From positions 1-29,156 of IMG/VR virus record IMGVR_UViG_3300025390_000031: a stretch of 29,156 nt of DNA; one strand, written 5' to 3'. Every line of letters starts with the position of its first letter. Positions within the stretch are counted from its first letter, which is position 1. The DNA comes from a virus (lineage: Duplodnaviria > Caudoviricetes). Below, piece after piece: positions 1-7,994 of the stretch. A program made the position numbers and the translations under genes. The notes beneath the pieces were generated by a model. That model was not told the DNA's origin and made no database searches. It was given only the letters and a program-made list of their open reading frames with translations.

Positions 1-213
1 AATGAACGTGATGCGGGCGCGCAGCTAAGAAGGGCAACCAACATCACTGAAGCTACTAGGGCGGGTATCGCCTATGAACGGCCTCGTAATCCAGATCAGG
101 AATTGGCTGATAGATTGCGGATTGCCCAATCTATACAGTTGAACGTGACTACTTCTACAGGCGCAGATATTAACGCTAATGCAGCCGCAGCACCGGGAGC
201 AAATAACAGATGA
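1..213 (+). CDS. 3' end of tail-associated lysozyme / tape-measure-like protein (partial)
   Basis: Frame 1 is open from the window edge to TGA 211-213 (NERDAGAQLRRATNITEATRAGIAYERPRNPDQ...). The YERP motif is typical of phage tail lysozyme domains. The stop overlaps the next ATG (ATGA). Confidence 0.6.
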   Translation, partial: NERDAGAQLRRATNITEATRAGIAYERPRNPDQELADRLRIAQSIQLNVTTSTGADINANAAAAPGANNR

Positions 214-848
214 CCACTTTAGTAAAAGACATTTTTAAAGCGGCGTATGAGATATCGCCGATCATTTTGCAAAATGGCTTGGCTCAGTTCATGCCGGGCA
301 GTGTATTGCCAATTACGCTTTTGACCGAAATTATTGATATCCCCGGCCTTCAGAATAAAGAGTTTTTTGCTCATTACAAGCCTTTGCCCGGCAGTACCTT
401 AGAAGAATGGGCAGTAGCCGAGTATCCCTTTGCCAATTTGCAAATGGCCGCTAATGCGGTCATACAGATGCCGTTGAAGATTTCTCTGCTCATGGTATGT
501 CCAGCTCAAAACGGCGGTGGCTACCCCCTAAAACAAGCGATTATGACCGCTTTCAAGACTGCGCTTGACTCCCATATTTTGGCTGGCGGTAGTTTCACTG
601 TTATTACCCCCGCGTACACCTATACCAATTGCTTACTAACCAATCTACGCGATATCAGTAGCCCAAGTGATAAGCAAGTTCAATTGATGTATCAATGGGA
701 TTTTGTGCAGCCTTTGATTACCCAATCAGGCGCGCAACAAGTCTTGGGCAACCTGATGAATAAATTTTCTAATGGCCTACCAATTAGCGCAACCAATCTA
801 AGCTGGGCGGAAACCCCACCTATAGATATTAATTCTTTTGCGGATTAA
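210..848 (+). CDS. Putative tail-tube initiator / baseplate protein
   Basis: 212-aa ORF coupled to the upstream gene, in the position between tape measure and baseplate hub. Function inferred from synteny. Confidence 0.55.
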   Translation: MTTLVKDIFKAAYEISPIILQNGLAQFMPGSVLPITLLTEIIDIPGLQNKEFFAHYKPLPGSTLEEWAVAEYPFANLQMAANAVIQMPLKISLLMVCPAQNGGGYPLKQAIMTAFKTALDSHILAGGSFTVITPAYTYTNCLLTNLRDISSPSDKQVQLMYQWDFVQPLITQSGAQQVLGNLMNKFSNGLPISATNLSWAETPPIDINSFAD

Positions 849-850
849 CT

Positions 851-1123
851 ATGACTACGCTAATTAACTTTAATCCTTCGTCAACTGCAAATTTTCAATT
901 CAATCCAACTTTGGATGGAATTACTTATGTAGCGATTTGCACTTGGAACGCCTATGGCCAACGCTATTACATTTCTATTTATGACAATGCGCGCAATTTG
1001 ATTTTTAGCCGTCCAATTATTGGGTCACCTAATGAAGCGGATATAAACCTGCTTTTTGGCTATTTTACAACTTCAACGCTGCTCTATCGTGTAAGCAGCC
1101 AAAATTTTGAGATAACCCCATAA
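851..1123 (+). CDS. Small baseplate (plug-like) protein
   Basis: 90 aa with FQFNPTLDG...WNAYGQRYYISIYD, a pattern seen in small myophage baseplate proteins upstream of the hub. TAATG overlap with the next gene. Confidence 0.55.
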   Translation: MTTLINFNPSSTANFQFNPTLDGITYVAICTWNAYGQRYYISIYDNARNLIFSRPIIGSPNEADINLLFGYFTTSTLLYRVSSQNFEITP

Positions 1124-2112
1124 TGCGTTTTTATGAAATTGCCATAGCCCCAATTTCGGGTAAGCCAATTACTTATTCAACGCTAAGTAGCTCAAGAACC
1201 AATAATGGGGCTGCGCTGCGAGTGGAGTTAGACCTTTATCAGCAGCTTTATCATCAAACAGCGCAAAATAGCTGGCTTAGAATCTATGGCATCTCGTATG
1301 CAGATATCAGTCAAATTTCAAATTTGAATCCTGACTATCAGGCCAATAATTTTGCCAAGATTAAGATTTCAGTAGGTATGACTAAAGGCTTGCCTTTTGC
1401 CCAGCCGTCCCAAGCGGGCTTAGTAATTGATGGCGTGATTTTGCAAGCCTTTGCCAATTGGCAAGGTAATGAGATTAGCCTTGATTTGGTGGTTGGCTCG
1501 GCTATTGGATCACCAGTTAATCCAGTGAACTTACCTTGGACATGGACAAAAGGCGATACATTAGAATCAGCCATTCGGACAGCTTTTGGCATTGCTTATC
1601 CCAATGTACCAATTAGCGGTACTCTTAGCCCAAATTTAATCTATACCGAAGATCAAAAAGGTAAATACGATAGCTTAGTGAAATTCTCAAAGCAAATGTA
1701 TGATTACAGCAAAGCCATCATTACAGATAAAAGTTATTTAGGGGTAGGGATTACCCTAACACCAGATGGTTTTAATTTAAGCGATGGTACAGCTAAAACG
1801 GCAACGCGAAACAATATTAAATTTACCGATATCATCGGAAACTTGACTTGGCTTAACGTAAGCGAAATCCAAGCCAAGTTGGTCATGCGAAGCGATTTGA
1901 ACGTCAATGATTACATCACGTTTCCAAAAGGAACACCAACAACCAACATTATTAATAGTTTTTCTCAGAATCGAGATAATATTTCTTTTCAAGGCGTATT
2001 TCAAATTAGTAAAATCCGTCATGTTGGAAGTAGTAGACAAGCTGATGCTAATAGTTGGGTAACTGTAGTAAATTGTGTAATACCAAGCCCACTACCATCT
2101 GGAATTCTATAA
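1123..2112 (+). CDS. Baseplate hub protein
   Basis: 329 aa directly upstream of the spike. C-terminal G.FQISKIRHVGSSR...W motif resembles hub proteins. Confidence 0.7.
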   Translation: MRFYEIAIAPISGKPITYSTLSSSRTNNGAALRVELDLYQQLYHQTAQNSWLRIYGISYADISQISNLNPDYQANNFAKIKISVGMTKGLPFAQPSQAGLVIDGVILQAFANWQGNEISLDLVVGSAIGSPVNPVNLPWTWTKGDTLESAIRTAFGIAYPNVPISGTLSPNLIYTEDQKGKYDSLVKFSKQMYDYSKAIITDKSYLGVGITLTPDGFNLSDGTAKTATRNNIKFTDIIGNLTWLNVSEIQAKLVMRSDLNVNDYITFPKGTPTTNIINSFSQNRDNISFQGVFQISKIRHVGSSRQADANSWVTVVNCVIPSPLPSGIL

Positions 2113-2847
2113 ATGAGTTTAGCCCAAAAAGTCCCTTTTGCCGTATCGCTTAATAATACGGTTGAACGTCAAATTGAGGATCATCAACAAGGCCTTGGTA
2201 AGATTTTGCCTTGTTCCGTTGTGGCCGTAGATGGCGCAATCGTAACGGTCAACTTTGAAGTAGATAGTGAAAACATCACAATTCCTCCAGTAACTTGTCC
2301 AATTGCCGAAAGCGAATATACCCGCTTACCTGTACAAATCGGCGATAAAGGTATCTGCATTGCAGCCAATACGAGGCTAGGCGGCATTTCAGGACTTGGA
2401 TTAGGGTTAGCCCCCTTGAGTAGCCCAAGTAACCTTGGCGGCCTTGTTTTCGTACCAATTAGCAATAAGAATTGGTTTACTGTAGATGGTACATATTTGG
2501 TTCTTTATGGCATCAATGGCGTTGAAATAACTACCAAAGACCAAGATGTAAAGCTGACTTTAAATCACGATGGAATTATAATAGACCTTGCTGGCGGTAA
2601 TTTAATTGTAAATAATGGCAATACCACAATGAACGGTAATTTGACGGTTAATGGCCTCATTACTGGCAATGATGGTTTTGCAATCAGTGGCGGAACTGGC
2701 GGAACTATGAACGTAACTGGAAATATCAATCAAACTGGTAACTTCACCCAAACTGGCACACTTACAAATAATGGTAAAGCTGTCGGTAGCACTCATACGC
2801 ATGGTGGGGTACAAACTGGTGGTGGTACTACAGGAACGCCAACATGA
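2113..2847 (+). CDS. Baseplate central spike (gpV/gp138-like)
   Basis: N-terminal OB-fold-like region, Gly/Asn/Thr beta-helix repeats, and C-terminal HTH-GGVQTGGGTTGTP (His-x-His metal-binding tip). Confidence 0.85.
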   Translation: MSLAQKVPFAVSLNNTVERQIEDHQQGLGKILPCSVVAVDGAIVTVNFEVDSENITIPPVTCPIAESEYTRLPVQIGDKGICIAANTRLGGISGLGLGLAPLSSPSNLGGLVFVPISNKNWFTVDGTYLVLYGINGVEITTKDQDVKLTLNHDGIIIDLAGGNLIVNNGNTTMNGNLTVNGLITGNDGFAISGGTGGTMNVTGNINQTGNFTQTGTLTNNGKAVGSTHTHGGVQTGGGTTGTPT

Positions 2848-3164
2848 GAACTTACGGTAAAACTAATACTGGGCAATGGGTTCAAGTTAATGAAATTGGC
2901 TATATTTGGCTGGCTACATTGGCTCAAACTTTGCGTCTTAACCAGAATGAAAGCCCTTTTTATGGGAACTACGGCCTTCCAGCCCATGATTCTGTAATGA
3001 GTCAAATTGCACCGGACGCTGCGGTTAACAGAACGCAATCTCAGTATGCGCCTTATTTCGCTACTTTGACTGTTGTGAAACAACTAAACGCAGCCAATCC
3101 GACTTACAATATCTCAGCAATTTTCCAAAATGGAACAGTCGTTCAATCACAGGTGGCAACATAA
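2844..3164 (+). CDS. Baseplate wedge protein (gp25/gp46-like)
   Basis: 106 aa between spike and baseplate J. L.L..NESPFY.NYG.P resembles the GE.F....G motif of this family. Confidence 0.7.
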   Translation: MRTYGKTNTGQWVQVNEIGYIWLATLAQTLRLNQNESPFYGNYGLPAHDSVMSQIAPDAAVNRTQSQYAPYFATLTVVKQLNAANPTYNISAIFQNGTVVQSQVAT

Positions 3165-4562
3165 ATGAGTACATTGACAAGCGCAGGTGCAGTTACAACC
3201 GATCCTACCGTCATTCGTGATGAATTAGTTGCTGTTGCTACTACACTATCCCCCGGCCTTACAGCCAATCTTCCCGGTTCTTTAGTTGAAGATATGGCGT
3301 CTACGGCTGCGGGTGCAGCAGTTATTCAAGATCAGGCCTATGTTGATTTGATTAACTCTATTAGCCCTTACACTGCCAATGCTTTCTTGCTTTATCAATT
3401 AGGCGCGGTCTATGGTGTTGAACGCGGCATAGGCGCAAATACTTCTGTTTATGTAACTTTTATTGGCGATGCTGGTTTTGTAATCCCAGTAGGTTTTACT
3501 GTATCCGATGGTACGCATCAATATACCGTTCAAGATGGCGGCATCATTGGAACTTCTGGCCAAAGCGCAGCTCTCTATTGTTTGGCTGTCCAGCAAGGTT
3601 CATGGGCTGTTCCAGTAGGCACTGTCACCCAAGTTGTTACCTCTATTCCGTCTGGTATCACTGTTACTTGTACAAACCAAGTCACCGGTGTCCCCGGCCA
3701 AGCAGCTCAAACTTTACAAGCCTATCAAGCTCAAGTAATTCAAGCTGGACAAGCAGTATGCCAAGGCACACCAACATTGCTCAAAACTTTGCTAGGCCGC
3801 ATTTCTGGCGTTCAGCAGCGTTTGATCGCAATCAAGGCTTCTGGTGACTTGTATACCATTATTGTCGGCGGCGGTGATCCTTATGAAGTGGCCAACGCCA
3901 TTTTTAAAGGTTTGTTCGATTTAGGCGATTTAATTGGCTCGGTATTGTTGGCAACGTCTATTACGAAGGCCAATCCGGGCGTAGTAACCACCAACTTAAA
4001 TCATGGCTATGCTACTGGCCAAGTAATTCAAATTAGCGGATCAGCCGTTACAGCCTACAACGGCACTTATACTATTACGGTTCTTTCCGAAACAACTTTC
4101 AGTCTAGGGGTAAACACTACTAGCTATGCCACTTATACTGGCGGCGGCGTGGTCACTCCAAACTTACGCAATATCACTGTATCCATTAATGATTATCCGG
4201 ATACTTATCAAATCACGTTTGTAAGCCCACCGCAGCAAACCGTCAATATTGCTTTGACTTGGAATACAACTTCAACCAACTATGTATCCCCAACAGCAGT
4301 GGCTCAACTAGGCCAGCCCGCCTTGGCAAACTACATTAACAGCATTTATGTCGGCCAGCCAATCAACGTATTTGAATTGCAAAACGTATTTCAGACAGCA
4401 ATCGCAGCGGTTATTCCGCCTCCATTGCTTTCACGCATGGTCTTTACGGTAGCAATTAACGGTATTGACGTACCGCCAGACGCCGGCACAGGCCTGATTT
4501 ATGGCGATCCTGAGTCTTACTTTGAAACAAACAACGCTTCTATTGTTATTACTCAAGGCTAA
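3165..4562 (+). CDS. Baseplate J/gp47-like protein with inserted E1-FCCH-like domain
   Basis: LYQLGAVYGVER, G..IP.G.TV and V.CTN...G..G motifs of baseplate J. Insertion ITKANPGVVT...HGYATGQ...NGTY...TTFSL...YTGGG at about 3960-4149. Confidence 0.85.
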   Translation: MSTLTSAGAVTTDPTVIRDELVAVATTLSPGLTANLPGSLVEDMASTAAGAAVIQDQAYVDLINSISPYTANAFLLYQLGAVYGVERGIGANTSVYVTFIGDAGFVIPVGFTVSDGTHQYTVQDGGIIGTSGQSAALYCLAVQQGSWAVPVGTVTQVVTSIPSGITVTCTNQVTGVPGQAAQTLQAYQAQVIQAGQAVCQGTPTLLKTLLGRISGVQQRLIAIKASGDLYTIIVGGGDPYEVANAIFKGLFDLGDLIGSVLLATSITKANPGVVTTNLNHGYATGQVIQISGSAVTAYNGTYTITVLSETTFSLGVNTTSYATYTGGGVVTPNLRNITVSINDYPDTYQITFVSPPQQTVNIALTWNTTSTNYVSPTAVAQLGQPALANYINSIYVGQPINVFELQNVFQTAIAAVIPPPLLSRMVFTVAINGIDVPPDAGTGLIYGDPESYFETNNASIVITQG

Positions 4563-4565
4563 TAG

Positions 4566-5258
4566 ATGATTAGCAAGATTCTTCCTAGCTATCTATACCA
4601 ACAATACAATGGTGATCCTGATTTAGAAGCGTTTTTCACCGCCTATAATGAGCTATCACAAAGCAATCTAGATAAGATAAACACGCTAAATCTACCGATT
4701 TACACTACTAAGAGTGGTGTTTTATTGGAGTGGATTGCTTTAGGGCTATATGGCTTTACCCGCCCTGTATTACCAAAAGGGGATTATTTCGATAAAGGCG
4801 TTTATAACACCATTCATCTAAATGAAGTCCCCTATAACCAAAATGTGCGAATAGCCCCTACTGACTTTTATCAAGTCACCGACGATATTTTCAAGCGTTG
4901 CATTACTTGGAACTTCTATAAAGGCGATGGCTTTCAGTTTACGATCAACTGGCTAAAACGCCGCGTAGCTCGCTTTTTGTCTGGCGTTAATGGCGTATCT
5001 CACAATATTGACGAAACCTATCAAATTAGCGTCACTATGGATGCTATGGATGTAGTCACAATTCGTATTGCGCCCGGTGTCAGCATTAAGAAGGGCGGAG
5101 CGCTTTTAGATAGTTTTGATTTGAATGAAGTGCCATTAAACGCGCCAACTTTATATACCCCATTAATTCCTACCGATCTAGCTCCAATTTTGGAATCTGC
5201 CATTAAGGCAGGTGTTTTACAGCTCCCAATCGGCTATACTTACAACGTAACTTTCTAA
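4566..5258 (+). CDS. Baseplate wedge subunit (gp48/gpI-like)
   Basis: 230 aa after baseplate J and before the fibres, with LLEWIA.GLYG..R and WNFYKGDG motifs. Confidence 0.7.
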   Translation: MISKILPSYLYQQYNGDPDLEAFFTAYNELSQSNLDKINTLNLPIYTTKSGVLLEWIALGLYGFTRPVLPKGDYFDKGVYNTIHLNEVPYNQNVRIAPTDFYQVTDDIFKRCITWNFYKGDGFQFTINWLKRRVARFLSGVNGVSHNIDETYQISVTMDAMDVVTIRIAPGVSIKKGGALLDSFDLNEVPLNAPTLYTPLIPTDLAPILESAIKAGVLQLPIGYTYNVTF

Positions 5259-5268
5259 GAGATTTGCG

Positions 5269-6762
5269 ATGACTATTCTTTTATTTGCTAATAATGCTAA
5301 ATCAACTCTAGCCGCGCCTCTCTCTAGCGTATCGACTACTGCTGTCCTTGCTTCAGGTACAGGCTCATTATTCCCTTCTCCTACTACTGGACAAGGCTTT
5401 AAGATGACTTTTGTGGATAATGCCACTGGTCTTTTGAACGAAATCGTATTGGTGACAGCTAGATCAGGGGATACCCTAACTATTGTTCGCGCTCAAGAAG
5501 GCACTACTGCTCAATCTTGGCTGGCGAATGACTTGGCTGGAATGTATTTCACTGCTGGAAGTATTCAGAATAACATCCAGCTTGACCAGTATCAGAATGG
5601 TACTTATGACTTTGCAATTGCAACCGGCAGCGCTAACGCCTTAGCCGCTACGATTCCATCGAATTTATCAACCATTCCTACCAATTTCACCTTTACCTTG
5701 CAAGCTGCGTCTACCAATACCAGCGGTGCAACATTGGCTTTAACCATTGGTTCTACGCTTTTAGCAACCAAAGCAATCGTTAAATCCAATAACCAGCCTT
5801 TAATTGCTGGCGATATTGCAAGTAGTGGATATCCAATGTGGATGGCGTGGAGTCCTGTCTATGATGCTTATGTTCTTTTGAACCCAGCGACAGGTGAATC
5901 TTCTGCGTTAAGCCCAGCTCAATTGCAAGAACAGTTCTATACCTATGCTACTGCTACCGGCGCATCAGATACTATCGCGGTAACAATTCTTTCAACTTTG
6001 ACTGCGCTATCTGACGGCTTGTTCTTGATGTTTAAGGCGGGCTTTGCCAACGGTACGACTACTCCAAATTTAACTTTGACTTTGGGCAGCACTGCTACAG
6101 CCACGACTACTATCGTCAAGGGTAACAATCTGCCACTATTGCCCGGCGATATACCCGGCGCTGGCTATGTTTGTGAAATGATCTATAGCAGCGTGTATGG
6201 TAAGTGGATTTTGCTAAACCCATTCTTTAACCCAGCGTCTTTGGGGTCAATGGCAGCTCAAAATTCTAATGCGGTAAGCATTACTGGTGGCGCGATTTCA
6301 GGTCTTGTACCTCCTTTAGCAGTTGCCTCTGGCGGCCTTGGCACTAACACTTTGACGGCTAACAATGTCCTTTTGGGCAATGGCATTTCTGCACCGCAAA
6401 CCGTAGCGCCTTCAAACGTAGGCAATGTTCTAACATCTAATGGTTCTACTTGGACTTCACAAGCGCCAGTGCCAGCGCAAGTAATCGGTTCTACTTGGAC
6501 TGATGTAACAGGCTCACGATCACAAGGCGTTACTTATACTAATACCACTGGTAAATTTATTCAAGTTCAAGGTAACTTTGGTTGTAATGGCGGTGGTCAA
6601 GGATACATTTATATCAATGGCGTTTTAATTTCTCATTGGGCTGCACAGTTTAACGGTTGCGGCGGCTACTCAGTTAATATGCCTTGTATTGTGCCTCCCG
6701 GGGCTACTTATATGCTGGCTAATATGGGCGGCGGCGCGCTAGGTTGGTACGAGTTAATATAA
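5269..6762 (+). CDS. Tail fibre protein 1
   Basis: N-terminal anchor MTILLFANNA...EIV.VTARSGD.LT.VRAQEGT, two tandem ~95-aa domains, and a C-terminal tip (WTDVTGSR..GVTYTNTTGK). Confidence 0.8.
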   Translation: MTILLFANNAKSTLAAPLSSVSTTAVLASGTGSLFPSPTTGQGFKMTFVDNATGLLNEIVLVTARSGDTLTIVRAQEGTTAQSWLANDLAGMYFTAGSIQNNIQLDQYQNGTYDFAIATGSANALAATIPSNLSTIPTNFTFTLQAASTNTSGATLALTIGSTLLATKAIVKSNNQPLIAGDIASSGYPMWMAWSPVYDAYVLLNPATGESSALSPAQLQEQFYTYATATGASDTIAVTILSTLTALSDGLFLMFKAGFANGTTTPNLTLTLGSTATATTTIVKGNNLPLLPGDIPGAGYVCEMIYSSVYGKWILLNPFFNPASLGSMAAQNSNAVSITGGAISGLVPPLAVASGGLGTNTLTANNVLLGNGISAPQTVAPSNVGNVLTSNGSTWTSQAPVPAQVIGSTWTDVTGSRSQGVTYTNTTGKFIQVQGNFGCNGGGQGYIYINGVLISHWAAQFNGCGGYSVNMPCIVPPGATYMLANMGGGALGWYELI

Positions 6763-6768
6763 GGATAA

Positions 6769-7071
6769 ATGATGAAACACTATAAAGGTAAAGATGGTCT
6801 TGTTTATGCTTATGCAGCCGATGGCTCGCAAGATCACGCTATTCCTAAAACTCATAAGCTAATTACCGATAAGCAAAAAGACAAATTAGTTGAAGCTCAA
6901 ACGCAAGCTATGTTTGATGCTCAAGATTACTATCGTAAACGTCTTTATAGCTATCCAGAATTAGGCGAATTTGTAGATGCTTGGGTAAAGCAAGATGATG
7001 CGGCACTAGAAGAATACAGACAAAAATGTTTAGCTATAAAAGCTAAGTTTCCTAAACCAAAAGGATTTTAA
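6769..7071 (+). CDS. Putative tail fibre assembly chaperone
   Basis: 100 aa right after fibre 1. Y.RKR..SYP.L.EF.DA...IKAKFPKP pattern; RBS AAGGA upstream. Confidence 0.6.
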   Translation: MMKHYKGKDGLVYAYAADGSQDHAIPKTHKLITDKQKDKLVEAQTQAMFDAQDYYRKRLYSYPELGEFVDAWVKQDDAALEEYRQKCLAIKAKFPKPKGF

Positions 7072-7073
7072 TT

Positions 7074-7340
7074 ATGACTACAAATTACGGTAGCCCAATC
7101 ACCGGCACACTTACTACTACTACTGCAATAGTTAATGTAGTGGCAACTCAATATCCAATGTCAATTGCATTAAACACTACTGATAGCGGAAAAAAGATTG
7201 AGTTTTCTTTTGATGGCGCTAATTACTACACTGCAACACCAACTGGGTCAATGACCGGCCAAATTTATTATGTCTTGAATTTTCCAGTAAAAACCGTTAA
7301 ATTCACTGGTGTAGCAAACGATACCTACAGCATTTTGTAA
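7074..7340 (+). CDS. Small beta-rich hypothetical virion protein
   Basis: 88 aa, Thr-rich, within the fibre operon; RBS AAAGGA upstream. Confidence 0.55.
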   Translation: MTTNYGSPITGTLTTTTAIVNVVATQYPMSIALNTTDSGKKIEFSFDGANYYTATPTGSMTGQIYYVLNFPVKTVKFTGVANDTYSIL

Positions 7341-7358
7341 AAAGTCTAGGAACTTTAC

Positions 7359-7994
7359 ATGACCATCCTTCTATTTGCTAATAATGCTCAGACTACCCTA
7401 GCAGCCCCGATTTCATCGGCGGCTACTTCTTGCGTTTTAGCAACTGGTACAGGCGCAAAGTTTCCTAATCCTAGCGCAGGTCAAGGTTTCAAAATGACCT
7501 TCACCGACGCGGCTACAGGCACACTTGATGAGATTGTGCTTTGTACTGCGCGGTCTGCTGACGTATGCACGATTGTTCGCGCTCAAGAGGGTACTACAGC
7601 CCTTGGATGGACTGCGGGCGATATTGCTTCTAACTATTTCACAGCGGGCGCTGCCGGCTCTTTTGCTCAGATTACCACTAATACACCTACAGTCACCAAA
7701 GTGACTAATGCGTTCTATTCGCAAACAACAAGCGATACGACTTTAATTATTGAAACGGCGTTTGATGTCGTATTGACACTTTTAAACGCGGCGGCCTATT
7801 ACGGTACAACATTGTGGATTAAAAATCCGAACGGAAACACGATCACTAGCGCGTCTGGTAATGTAGTTCCTTCTGGAACAACTACCGCTGGCACAGCGAT
7901 TTTAAGTAATGTGGTTGGCACTTCATGTCTGTTGCAATCGGATGGAGTATATTGGAGCGTAATTTCTACTTCAATCCAGCCATCAGGATTCTAA
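7359..7994 (+). CDS. Short tail fibre paralogue 2
   Basis: First ~100 aa clearly paralogous to 5269 and 7995; short C-terminal domain ending LQSDGVYW. Confidence 0.75.
   Translation: MTILLFANNAQTTLAAPISSAATSCVLATGTGAKFPNPSAGQGFKMTFTDAATGTLDEIVLCTARSADVCTIVRAQEGTTALGWTAGDIASNYFTAGAAGSFAQITTNTPTVTKVTNAFYSQTTSDTTLIIETAFDVVLTLLNAAAYYGTTLWIKNPNGNTITSASGNVVPSGTTTAGTAILSNVVGTSCLLQSDGVYWSVISTSIQPSGF

Noticed and set aside
3960-4149. Phage ubiquitin-like system (E1 FCCH domain plus proteasome-like protein)
   Set aside because: The FCCH-like insert is a non-catalytic module. No E1 adenylation domain, E2 or ubiquitin-like protein is present.
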